Of a stretch of 64,000 nt of DNA, positions 1 through 9,451 are shown piece after piece. The translations under genes and the position numbers were made by a program. A model generated the notes under the pieces. That model ran no database searches, was not told where the DNA came from, and saw only the letters and a list, made by a program, of their open reading frames with translations. The DNA comes from an uncultured Clostridia bacterium (GTDB lineage Bacteria; Bacillota; Clostridia; TANB77; CAG-508): positions 114,134 to 178,133 of the forward strand of contig CANQYM010000004.1 of NCBI GenBank assembly GCA_947628085.1. Reading direction: 5' to 3'. How positions within the stretch are numbered: the first letter of the stretch is position 1; each line of letters starts with the position of its first letter.

Positions 1-438
1 AAATCTGCATCTACCCAATCGTAGATAGCACCATCGTAGGTACTAAAACCTTCACTACCTCTTATTCCTACAATGGCATTATCATCAGATGTTTCAATTA
101 CACACCCATAAAAACCATTTTGCATATTAGTATTATGAATATCTACAATTTTCCATTTAAAAGTTTCATTACTAAGCTCAGCAATCAATTCTTTATCTCT
201 GTCATCTAAGTCCGAATACTGAATCATTGATTGAAGTGTAGCATTGTCAAAGTCTAATCCATCTGCTTCCATAAGCTCCTTAATATCTCTCACATTAATA
301 CTTGACATAATTAAATCTTTAACTGTAAAAGGACCTTTTTTTCCATCCAATATTAAATTCTTTTCGCCTTTTTCTAAACATTTTAAGTATGCTACTCGTG
401 TTGAATCTATTAATAGCTTTTCATTGTTAGGCATATAC
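1..438 (-). CDS. Hypothetical protein, 5' part only (the rest lies past the window start); weak lipase-class-3/DUF2974-like 'IVGIRGSEGF' motif
   Basis: Open frame on the minus strand runs to the window edge; start near 438 with RBS gaaggtga; motif similarity only. Confidence 0.35.
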
Positions 439-452
439 ATCACCTTCTTATT

Positions 453-1148
453 TTAATAAGATTCAATTATTCCGTTTTCCATTTTGAATATTTGTTTGCT
501 CTTTGCTTTAAAGTCTTCCACATAACTCATTGGAAAATAATCCATATTTTTACTTGCTTCATAAAACATTGAAAACTCATCAGGTAACATTTCATATACA
601 AGTAATTTTAATTTTATATTATTATATGTACTATTTAATTCATTTAAAAATTCTATAAAGTTATTTGATTCATGTTTTTCTACAATTAATGTGGCAATAA
701 AAAATTCATCTTTATACTTTTCTAAAAATTTCGAAGTTTTATATACATTATCTAATGCATTTTTCGTTGCTATCTCAACTCTAACAATAGAATTAACATT
801 TCTTAAAATTTTATTTATTTCTTTTTCAACGAAAAAACATGTACATCTAATTAGAAAATTATCATAAACAAGTTTTTCATCCACCATATTATAAGTAGCT
901 CTAAATATACATTCATGAAAATTTTTAACGGTACAAAGTACAGTTACCTCATTGGTAATTTCTGTTCCATATCGTTCTCCTATTTTGACAATTTCAAATT
1001 CCCTACCATATTTTTCTTTTAAAATTTTTATAATAGAATTTGCAACGTATTCCGTATTAAAACTATTATCAGCAAAATCATAAACAATATTTCCCATAAT
1101 TAACCTCTCATCTATATTAATTTTATCATATTTTTTATTAATTGACAA
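453..1148 (-). CDS. Hypothetical protein (231 aa), no recognisable motif
   Basis: ORF track; AT-rich codon usage like the host; sits just upstream (in transcription order) of the partial ORF at 1..438. Confidence 0.4.
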   Translation of the reverse strand: MSINKKYDKINIDERLIMGNIVYDFADNSFNTEYVANSIIKILKEKYGREFEIVKIGERYGTEITNEVTVLCTVKNFHECIFRATYNMVDEKLVYDNFLIRCTCFFVEKEINKILRNVNSIVRVEIATKNALDNVYKTSKFLEKYKDEFFIATLIVEKHESNNFIEFLNELNSTYNNIKLKLLVYEMLPDEFSMFYEASKNMDYFPMSYVEDFKAKSKQIFKMENGIIESY

Positions 1149-1246
1149 ATTATGTAACTTTAGTAAAATTTTAGATCAAAATAGAAAGAAACAGCGCTGT
1201 TGGCTGTTCCTTTCTATACTTATTCAAATCTTTGTAATCCTTGATA

Positions 1247-4031
1247 TTATTGATTTTTACCACAACAATTCTTATATTTCTTACCACTACCGGCATGGAC
1301 AAGGATCATTTCTTCCAATCTTTGGACCACTATTTACTATTGGTTGAGGTTTTGAAGTTTGATTTGTTTTTGGCACATTGTTCTCGCCTTCAATGTTCAT
1401 ACTATTTATTGCTGAATTATCTAATCCAGCATTTGTAATATTTACAGTAGAACTTCTTTGGATTGGTCCGCTTGATTTAACAACATGAAGCATAATTTTT
1501 GCAACTTCCAATTTAATTTGAGCTATCATTTCATCAAACATTTCCCCGCCTTCAAATCTATATTGAACAACAGGGTCTTTTTGACCATAAGCTCTTAAGC
1601 CAATACCATTTTTTAGCTCGTCCATTGCATCAATGTGATCCATCCATTTTCCGTCAACTACTTTTAAAAGTACTATTCTTTCTAGTTCTCTAATATCATC
1701 TCCAAATTCTTTTTCTTTAGCTTCATAATTTGCTAAAGTCTTTTCCTTCAATTCTTTTAAAAGTTTATCGGCATTAATTTTTTCTTCTTTTAATGCATCT
1801 ACTTCTCCAATGTTTAATGTAACTTTTATTTCATTAAGTAAAGCATCTTTATTAATTTTATTTTCTTCAATTTCTTGTCTATAAGTGTCTACTATCATTT
1901 CACAAGCAGACTCTATCATGTCTACGATATTATTTCTAATATTTTCTCCATCAAGAACAGATCTTCTTTGTGTGTATATGATGTCTCTTTGAACGTTCAT
2001 AACATCATCATAATTTAAGATATTTTTCCTTATTGAAAAGTTTCTTCCTTCAACCTTACTTTGAGCACTTTCTATAGTTTTAGAAATTATTTTTACTTCT
2101 ATAGGTAAATCTTCTGGAATGTTTCCTTTATCAAATATTCTAGTAATCATATCCCCACCGAAGATTTTAAGAAGATTATCGTCTAATGCTAAGTAAAATC
2201 TAGTTTCACCAGGATCTCCTTGACGACCACTACGACCACGAAGCTGGTTATCAATTCTTCTTGATTCATGGCGTTCTGTACCAATGATTTTTAATCCGCC
2301 TGCTTCAATTACTAGTCCTTTTTCATATTTTATTTCATCATCAAATTTTTTCTGTAATTCTTTAAAAGTTTTTCTTGCAGATAGAATTTCTTCATCATCT
2401 GTTTCATTAAATGCTGTTGCTTGCTCAATTAAATATTCTTCATATTTTTGCTTTCTCATTTCTTGTTTTGCAAGATACTCACTATTACCACCAAGCATAA
2501 TATCAGTACCACGTCCTGCCATGTTAGTTGCAATAGTAACTGCACCATATTTACCAGCTTGGGCTATAATTTCAGCTTCTTTTTCATGGTTTTTAGCATT
2601 TAATACTTCGTGTTTTATTCCTTCATTTGATAATAATTTACTTAATTTTTCTGAATTTTCTATTGAAACAGTACCAACTAAAACTGGTTGTCCTTTTTCA
2701 TGGCTTTCCTTAATATCATTAATTACAGCTCTAAATTTTGCAGGTTCATTTTTATAAATAATGTCTGTTTGATCTTTTCTAATTAATGGTTTATTTGTTG
2801 GAATTTCAATAACATCCAAATTATAAATTTCTCTAAATTCTGCTTCCTCCGTCATTGCAGTACCAGTCATACCAGATAATTTAGTATATAATCTAAAATA
2901 ATTCTGGAATGTAATAGTTGCTAAAGTTTTTGATTCATCTGCAATTTTTACATTTTCCTTAGCTTCTATTGCTTGATGAAGTCCATCATTATATCTTCTT
3001 CCATACATAATACGTCCTGTAAATTCATCTACAATAAGAACTTCTCCATCTTTAACGATATAGTCAATATCTCTTTTCATAATTCCATTTGCTCTTAATG
3101 CTTGTGTTATATTATGAACTATATCTGTGTTTTGAATATCATTTAAATTTTCAAGATTAAATTCTCTTTCTGCCTTTTCAATACCTTTTTGAGTAAGTGA
3201 TGCAGACTTTGCTTTTAAATCGACAATATAATCATATTTTTCATTATCTTCACTTTGATCTATGTCTTTAACATCCTCTTCTATGATTACTTTTGCTTTT
3301 AATCTTTTAACAAAATTATCAGCTCTTTTATATAAGTCTGAAGATTTGTTTGCTCTACCAGAAATAATAAGTGGTGTACGAGCTTCATCAATTAAAATAC
3401 TATCTATCTCATCTACGATAGCATAGTTTAATTCTCTTTGAACCATATCTTCTTTATGGATAACCATATTGTCTCTTAAATAGTCGAATCCAAATTCATT
3501 ATTCGTTCCATAAGTGATATCTGATCTATATGCTTTTTGCTTTTCTTCGTGTGGCATTCTTCCATAAATAAGTCCAACAGAAAGTCCTAAAAATCTATAA
3601 ATTTTACCCATCCATTCACTATCTCTTTTAGCTAGGTATTCATTAACTGTAATAACATGAACACCTTTTCCTGTAAGAGCGTTTAAATAAACTGGTAATG
3701 TTGCAACTAAAGTTTTTCCTTCACCTGTTTTCATTTCGGCAATTCTACCTTGATGTAGAATAATACCACCTATTAATTGAACATCAAAATGTCTTAACCC
3801 TATAACTCTTCTTGATGCTTCCCTAACTACTGCAAATGCTTCTGGTAATATATCATCTAAAGTTTTGCCTTTTGCTAATTCTTGTTTAAAATATTCTGTT
3901 TTTGCAGTTAACTCTTTATCTGTTAATTTCTGCATTTCTGGCTCTAAACTATTGATTTTTTCAACAATTGGCATTACTCTTTTTACTTCTTTTTCACTAT
4001 AATTTCCAAAAATCTTGCCAAAAAGTCCCAT
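1247..4031 (-). CDS. secA: Preprotein translocase ATPase SecA, with an apparent +1 frameshift near 1291 (ORF track calls 1287..4031)
   Basis: SecA DEAD-motor and wing/scaffold motifs throughout (MGLFGKIFG…, [21 protein letters not shown]). The tracked ORF ends …GRNDPCPCR*. Deleting one base of the plus-strand accGgc restores the canonical zinc-binding tail [22 protein letters not shown]. Confidence 0.9.
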
Positions 4032-4180
4032 TGTTTCCTCCTCAAATTCTTTTTTTAAACATAAGTTACTATATCACTTTTTATTGTTTTTTGCAAGGAA
4101 TTTTGATTATAGAAACTATTTAGTATATTTTTTAACATTTGGGCATAAAATTTACAAAAAAACAAAAGGAGATTTTGCTA

Positions 4181-4734
4181 TGTTAGTTTGTAATATTAAA
4201 ATTAATAAACAAAATATTTTCAAAACTTGTTTAATTATAATGATTATTGCTTCTATTGTAATTGCAATTATTTCTTTATATAAGCTTTTATCCTCTTCTA
4301 ATTCTGAAGATAAGAATTTAGTTAATGATACTATTCCTTCAAAAGAAGTTGCTGAAATTGAAAGTGAAAATTATACAAATATTTTAAATATTGTACATAG
4401 TAATATTGATAAATATGTTGGTCAGAAAATTTCTTTTTCTGGCTATATTTATAGACTATCTGGGTTTTCAAAAGACCAATTTGTATTAGCTCGTAATATG
4501 GATATTAGTAATAATCAATCTTTAATTGTTGGTTTTCTTTGCTCTTCAGATAAAGCTAGTGATTTTGAAATGTATTCGTGGGTAAAAATTTCTGGAGAAA
4601 TAACTAAAGGAACTTATAATAATGCAGATATTCCTATTATAAAAATTACAAGTATTGAACAAATTTCAAAACCTGAAAATGCAAATGTGCCACCACCAGA
4701 TGATTCTTTTGTTCCTACAGCAGTTATATATTAG
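4181..4734 (+). CDS. Small membrane-anchored hypothetical protein; the tracked ORF 4015..4734 is probably 5'-extended
   Basis: Internal ATG at 4181 preceded by RBS aaaggagatttt; the N-terminal TM helix follows; the 4015-4180 extension overlaps the secA start on the opposite strand. Confidence 0.4.
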
Positions 4735-5810
4735 TCATCAACTAAAGAATTTATTATTCCTTTATCTAATACCTCAGCAAAAATATTTTTTAAAATAATA
4801 AGTATTATTGGACCTACAAGTAATCCTATAATGCCTATTATTTTAAAACTAGTATACATCGCTAGAAGTGTAAAAATTGGATGTATTCCAATATTGTTGC
4901 TTACAAGTTTTGGCTCTATTAATTGCTTTATAGCTAGTATAAAAACATATAATCCCAAAATTGAAAAAGCCAAATGATTATTAGCTTTTAAAAATAGAAA
5001 TACTGCCCATGGAATCATAATGCTCCCTGCTCCTAAAATTGGAAGAGCATCTACAAATCCAATAAGTAATGCAACTAAAATAGGATATTCTATATCCATT
5101 CCTATTATATAAAAAATGTTTAATCCTGTTAAAACTATAATAAAAGTTATGAAACTTAAAGTAATTTCTGCTTTTATATACCCACCAAGAGAAGAAATTA
5201 TAGATTTAGCATGAGTAACTATTTTCCCAACCATTTTTTTAGATAAATGATGCTCCATTCTATCTAAAATATAGAATTTATCTGAACTTATAAAATAAGT
5301 TGCGAGTATTGTTATAATTATATTTATAAACATATTAGGTATTGATGTTATATAATTTAATATTTTGCTTAATAAATTCTTTATTTGTTCTGCAAGAGTA
5401 TTTAAAAAGTCATTTGCTGAATTTTTAAAAATAGAAATAACCTCTTCTGATAAATTTATTTTTTCTAAGTTTATACTAGAAGTTTTTTCACTAATAAAAT
5501 TTACTGCTATTTCTAAATAATTATTTAATCCTGATAATAGATTTGTTGTTTCACCAACAAGTTTTATAATTCCAAAAGTACTTATAGCAAATATAATTAA
5601 AAATAAAGTTACAAGCACAATAATACTGCTTGTTTTTCTACTTAGGCTTGTCCTTCTATTTATAAATTTTATTATAGGGTCTATTATTACTGAAATAATA
5701 TAAGCTATTAAAAAAGGTACATAGAAAAAAGTAAGTTTTAAACAGATAAAAAATATAATAATTAGAAATACTCCTATAAGTATTTTCTTAAATATACTAA
5801 AATAATCCAT
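4731..5810 (-). CDS. AI-2E family (PerM/YhhT-like) permease
   Basis: Eight-TM profile and the conserved C-terminal …LLAMYTSFKIIGIIGLLVGPIILIIL… region typical of AI-2E transporters. Confidence 0.65.
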   Translation of the reverse strand: MDYFSIFKKILIGVFLIIIFFICLKLTFFYVPFLIAYIISVIIDPIIKFINRRTSLSRKTSSIIVLVTLFLIIFAISTFGIIKLVGETTNLLSGLNNYLEIAVNFISEKTSSINLEKINLSEEVISIFKNSANDFLNTLAEQIKNLLSKILNYITSIPNMFINIIITILATYFISSDKFYILDRMEHHLSKKMVGKIVTHAKSIISSLGGYIKAEITLSFITFIIVLTGLNIFYIIGMDIEYPILVALLIGFVDALPILGAGSIMIPWAVFLFLKANNHLAFSILGLYVFILAIKQLIEPKLVSNNIGIHPIFTLLAMYTSFKIIGIIGLLVGPIILIILKNIFAEVLDKGIINSLVDD

Positions 5811-5874
5811 ATTAAAATTATATTCAAAAAATATTTAAAAATTCATTAATAAATAAGATATTTTATTTTTATAA

Positions 5875-6058
5875 AAGCTATATTATATTCATGAATTGAA
5901 GGAAGCGAATCGAGAGTAACTGAGGTAGAATTGGTTAATACATTTTTTGGAAAGAGTTCATCTCCTGATGGAAGGGTGCCAAAAAATGCCATTTACCAAT
6001 TCTACGTGAGTTAGCTTGAGCGAGCAACTGAAATGAATGAATATAATATAGCTTTATA
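5875..6058. repeat. Long imperfect palindrome / candidate structured RNA: an AT-rich outer inverted repeat (5875-5893 with 6041-6058) encloses a G+C-richer ~140 nt core with nested stems (GGTAGAATTGG/CCAATTCTAC; CATTTTTTGG/CCAAAAAATG)
   Basis: Inverted repeats read directly; intergenic, between the AI-2E permease start and the upstream ORF; same architecture as the repeat family at 8989/14572/50444/55771 but a different core sequence. Confidence 0.5.
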
Positions 6059-6072
6059 TAAATTACTTTTAT

Positions 6073-6666
6073 TTAAAAGTTTTGACTATACCCCATTTGA
6101 TTATAATAAGGATAATAACTTGCACTACAATTATGTCTTGAAAGAATTTCTTTTAAAATAAGAATTTTTATAATATCTTTAAGTAAATTATCATTTTTAT
6201 TAGGTCTTGAATTACTAGTTTGTGAACTTCTTACATCTGATACTTTAGACATAGTAGTGTTTGAAGAATTATTAGAGCTTTGAGAATTTGTTTGAGCATT
6301 TTCTACACTTTGAGAACTATTTTTCTCATAATCAATTTGACTTTCCACAATATTAAAAACTGTATCTGTCATATTATTTAATGCCTCTTCATTTAAAAAT
6401 TGATAATTACTATTTGCAATTACTTTTGAAACTACAGGACTTATTATTTTATAAGTATCTGGATATAAATTATTTGGATTTTGTCTTATTTGATTTGCAG
6501 AAGCGTTTTGATTATACATATTAGGTCCCATCATATTTTGCCAAGGTGCATTATTTGCATTTGGCATATTATTTATCATATTATTTGGAAAATATGTATT
6601 ATTAGGTGTTTGATTGTAAAAATAAAAATCTTGCATATAATTGTCATTATTATTTGAATAAAACAT
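6073..6666 (-). CDS. Asn/Gln-rich low-complexity hypothetical protein
   Basis: ORF track; SD aaggagg lies 9 nt upstream, inside the 3' arm of the murD terminator hairpin. Confidence 0.4.
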   Translation of the reverse strand: MFYSNNNDNYMQDFYFYNQTPNNTYFPNNMINNMPNANNAPWQNMMGPNMYNQNASANQIRQNPNNLYPDTYKIISPVVSKVIANSNYQFLNEEALNNMTDTVFNIVESQIDYEKNSSQSVENAQTNSQSSNNSSNTTMSKVSDVRSSQTSNSRPNKNDNLLKDIIKILILKEILSRHNCSASYYPYYNQMGYSQNF

Positions 6667-6669
6667 AAA

Positions 6670-6727
6670 AAAACCTCCTTTTTTCCATTATATGAAGGAG
6701 GTTTTTATTTGAGAATAAAATTTAAAA
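6670..6727 (-). terminator. Rho-independent terminator after murD; its 3' arm carries the SD for the next gene
   Basis: Stem aacctcctt…aaggaggtt followed by a T-run on the minus strand. Confidence 0.5.
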
Positions 6728-8146
6728 TTATTTTACTATTTCGTTAACATATTCTTTAAATATTCTTCCACGTTCAGCAAAATTTGCAAACATATCAAAA
6801 CTAGCACTTGCTGGAGAAAATAATACTATATCTCCTGTTACTGCAACATTGTTTGCCTCTTCTACTGCTTGCTTTAAAGATGTTGTGTTATATATAGGTA
6901 ACGTTTGCTTTGTTTTTTTAAGCTCATCTTGAACAGCTTTTTCTATTTTTCCAGCAGTTTGACCAAGCAAAATTAAAGCTTTGCAATTATCTATTATTGG
7001 CTTTGCAAGAACAGTGTAATCTAAGTTTTTGTCATATCCACCTGCTATTAAAACTATGTTTTTAAGAGCAAATGCGTTTAGCCCAGCAATTGTTCTAGTA
7101 GGACTAGAGCTAACAGAATCATTATACCATTTTATTCTATTTTTAGTTTCTTTTATAAGTTCTAGTCTATGTTCTACTCCTTTAAATTCAGTTAATACTT
7201 TATCTATTGAATCTTTTTTAACTAAATCTTTTGTTGCAATAATTGCTGCACACGCATTTTCAAAATTGTGTACTCCACGAAGTTTCATATATCGAGTATC
7301 GAATACATGTTTTCTTAATCCGTTTTCGCAAACTTTAATTTTTCCATCATCGCTGTCATATATATATCCATTAGGAATTTTTTCTTTACTACTAAAGAAC
7401 ATTACTTCTCCTGGAGCTTCTTTTGCACATTCTCTTGTTATTTCATTGTCATAATTTAATATAAGCAAGTTGTCTTTTTCTTGATATTTAAAAATTGTTT
7501 TCTTAGCTTCAATATATTCTTCCATATCTGTGTGAACATTTAAATGATTTGGAGTTATATTAGTAATTACAGAAATTTTAGGACTTATTTTCATATTCAT
7601 AAGTTGAAAACTGCTTAATTCTAGAACTACTATATCTTCTGGTAGCATTTCAGATATTCTAGTAAATAGAGGTGTTCCAATATTTCCACCTAAAAAGCAA
7701 TTATACCCATCTTGTTTTAAAATTTCATATATTAATGTTGTTGTGGTGGTTTTTCCATCACTTCCTGTAACACCTATTACTAAACCTGGGCATAATTCTA
7801 TAACCATTTCTATTTCTGTTGTAATTATTGCTCCTCTTTTGGCCTCAGCAACTAGTGCTGGTGTATTTGGCAAGCAACTTGGTGAACGGAAAATTATTTC
7901 AAAGCCTACTAACTTTTCCAAGTAATTTTTTCCAAAAGAGAAGTTCATGCCATAATCTACTAATTTATCTAATACTTCTTTTTCTACATCATCATATTCC
8001 TTAGAATCAAATACAGTTACATTAGACTTTAAATCGTGCAAATAATCAATTAAAGGTAAATTGCTAACTCCAAGTCCTATTACAGCAACTTTTCTTCCTT
8101 TTAGATAATTATTAAATTCTAATAGTTTTTGATTTATGTATTTCAT
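6728..8146 (-). CDS. murD: UDP-N-acetylmuramoyl-L-alanine--D-glutamate ligase
   Basis: N-terminal Rossmann VAVIGLGVSN and Mur ligase P-loop GVTGSDGKTTTT; length 472 aa. Confidence 0.85.
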   Translation of the reverse strand: MKYINQKLLEFNNYLKGRKVAVIGLGVSNLPLIDYLHDLKSNVTVFDSKEYDDVEKEVLDKLVDYGMNFSFGKNYLEKLVGFEIIFRSPSCLPNTPALVAEAKRGAIITTEIEMVIELCPGLVIGVTGSDGKTTTTTLIYEILKQDGYNCFLGGNIGTPLFTRISEMLPEDIVVLELSSFQLMNMKISPKISVITNITPNHLNVHTDMEEYIEAKKTIFKYQEKDNLLILNYDNEITRECAKEAPGEVMFFSSKEKIPNGYIYDSDDGKIKVCENGLRKHVFDTRYMKLRGVHNFENACAAIIATKDLVKKDSIDKVLTEFKGVEHRLELIKETKNRIKWYNDSVSSSPTRTIAGLNAFALKNIVLIAGGYDKNLDYTVLAKPIIDNCKALILLGQTAGKIEKAVQDELKKTKQTLPIYNTTSLKQAVEEANNVAVTGDIVLFSPASASFDMFANFAERGRIFKEYVNEIVK

Positions 8147-8161
8147 AATACCTCCTAAATC

Positions 8162-8854
8162 TTATACTAATTCTGGCATTTTAATTTTACTTAGTACTAG
8201 TTTTGTAGATTCTTGAGCTGATTTGCAATTTGTAACATCAATTTCTGTTGTGATGCTACTGTATTCATAAAATCCAGCTTTTCTTTGTAATTCATCACGC
8301 TTTGTAATGTTTTCTCTTATTTCTTGAGGTGTTTCTTTATTATTATATTGATTGCATTTTCTTTTAATTCTTTCTTCTAAATCTGCAACTATAAAAAAGT
8401 GATAATCACAGTCTGGATAAATTTTCATTACACTTCTACCAGAAACTATTACATTATTTTCTTTTTTTAATTCATTAATTAAATTTCTTGCAAAAATAAA
8501 TAAATTTTTATTTTCTGCACTGCCTCCAATTGTTGAAACAGCAAGAGAAGATTCTTTTGATTGAAGGGCTTCTTCATCTGCTTTTTTTCCATCTATATAT
8601 ATTATTGTTTCATTATTTTCAATTTTTATTTCGATTTTAAAAAAATCCATCATTTCTTTTATATCAAGGGTTTTACCTTGTTTTTTTAGCTCTTCTAACT
8701 CTTTTCCATTTTTTATCATACAGTAAACTATTGCTCTATATAAATTCCCACCATTTAATAGAACAGTGTTTGGAATTTCTTTTATAAGTTCTCTACATAT
8801 ACTAGTTTTTCCAGCTCCAACTAAACCTTCGATTCCTATAACTATATTTGACAT
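8162..8854 (-). CDS. cmk: Cytidylate kinase
   Basis: P-loop GIEGLVGAGKTS, GGNLYRA, and the lid/C-terminal region VSGRSV…IVADLEERIKRK…ITKRDELQR matching Cmk. Confidence 0.7.
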   Translation of the reverse strand: MSNIVIGIEGLVGAGKTSICRELIKEIPNTVLLNGGNLYRAIVYCMIKNGKELEELKKQGKTLDIKEMMDFFKIEIKIENNETIIYIDGKKADEEALQSKESSLAVSTIGGSAENKNLFIFARNLINELKKENNVIVSGRSVMKIYPDCDYHFFIVADLEERIKRKCNQYNNKETPQEIRENITKRDELQRKAGFYEYSSITTEIDVTNCKSAQESTKLVLSKIKMPELV

Positions 8855-8988
8855 TTATTTTTCCTTTCATGTAGAATTCTCTAAATTTATTGAATTATAT
8901 CAAATTTTTAAAATTTCTTCAATACATAAAGAGTTTATTCTTTTATGCTTTAAATGTTTACATATTTATACATTTTTTAGTTTATATT

Positions 8989-9150
8989 GCTAGTTTATTA
9001 TGTTTATATACTTTTATAATTGACGCGTAAGCGACCAACCGAAGCGTAAGCGAAGGGCGATTGGAGCAATCTTCCTTTTTAATTAATTTTAAAAAAAGAA
9101 GATTGCGACACCAAGTCAATAATAAAAGTATATAAACATAATAAACTAGC
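8989..9150. repeat. Palindrome-centred repeat element, copy 1: core 9021-9118 (TGACGCGTAAGCGACCAACCGAAGCGTAAGCGAAGGGCGATTGGAGCAATCTTCC…GGAAGATTGCGACACCAAGTCA) flanked by a 32 bp copy-specific inverted repeat
   Basis: Core is about 90% identical to copies at 14599-14694, 50480-50574 and 55800-56012; the flanks 8989-9020 and 9119-9150 are reverse complements with 1 mismatch. Confidence 0.85.
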
Positions 9151-9233
9151 AAATTTAAAATAAATATAAAAAAAGAATATTTATTTAAAAATTACAAATA
9201 CTATTTTTGAGTCAAAAGGAGGTGCTTTCTAAG

Positions 9234-9329
9234 ATGTCAAAGAAAAACAATAATTCAAAAGGATCTAATAACTCAAACTCAAATAACAATAACAACAATA
9301 ATAACAGCGACAAAATGTCAAAAAATTAG
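9234..9329 (+). CDS. Candidate small ORF (31 aa, MSKKNNNSKGSNNSNSNNNNNNNSDKMSKN), Asn/Ser-rich
   Basis: Consensus SD aaaggaggtg 8 nt upstream of the ATG; followed by the terminator at 9412; below the ORF-track length cutoff. Confidence 0.35.
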   Translation: MSKKNNNSKGSNNSNSNNNNNNNNSDKMSKN

Positions 9330-9411
9330 TTTTAAATAGTAACTTTTTAAGCTTTAAATACATTAATTACTAATTCATAATCTTATTGTTTAATTAGATA
9401 CTATTTAAAAT

Positions 9412-9450
9412 AAAGCCTCTTCTAAAATTAATAGAAGAGGCTTTACTTAT
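9412..9450. terminator. Bidirectional rho-independent terminator
   Basis: aaagcctcttctaaaattaatagaagaggcttt hairpin with T/A runs on both sides; lies between the small ORF (+) and the end of the 9452 gene (-). Confidence 0.7.
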
Positions 9451-9451
9451 T

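Noticed and set aside
2284-2757. Plus-strand ORFs embedded antisense within long minus-strand genes (e.g. 2284..2757 in secA, 7029..7454 in murD, 12350..12691 in uvrA, 18959..19351 in uvrB, 40994..41380, 46478..46828, 50772..51239, 53456..53734, 56952..57185, 61727..62167)
   Set aside because: They lie inside well-supported conserved genes on the other strand. They have low-complexity, hydrophobic or poly-Leu composition typical of AT-rich antisense frames, no RBS and no homology.
4015-4180. 5' extension of the 4015..4734 ORF
   Set aside because: Overlaps the secA start on the opposite strand and has no RBS; an internal ATG at 4181 has a good SD and begins the TM helix.
5894-6035. SRP RNA or a riboswitch at the 5894-6035 element
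   Set aside because: A GAAGGAAGCGA string superficially recalls SRP domain IV (GGAAGGAAGCAGCC), but the flanking helix and the conserved 3' strand are absent, and no known riboswitch consensus fits. Kept only as an unclassified structured palindromic element.
6073-6666. Asn/Gln-rich 'prion-like' proteins (6073..6666; 23419..24330) as special features
   Set aside because: Poly-N/Q low complexity follows from AAT/CAA-rich codon usage in a roughly 27% G+C genome; there is no evidence of function beyond composition.
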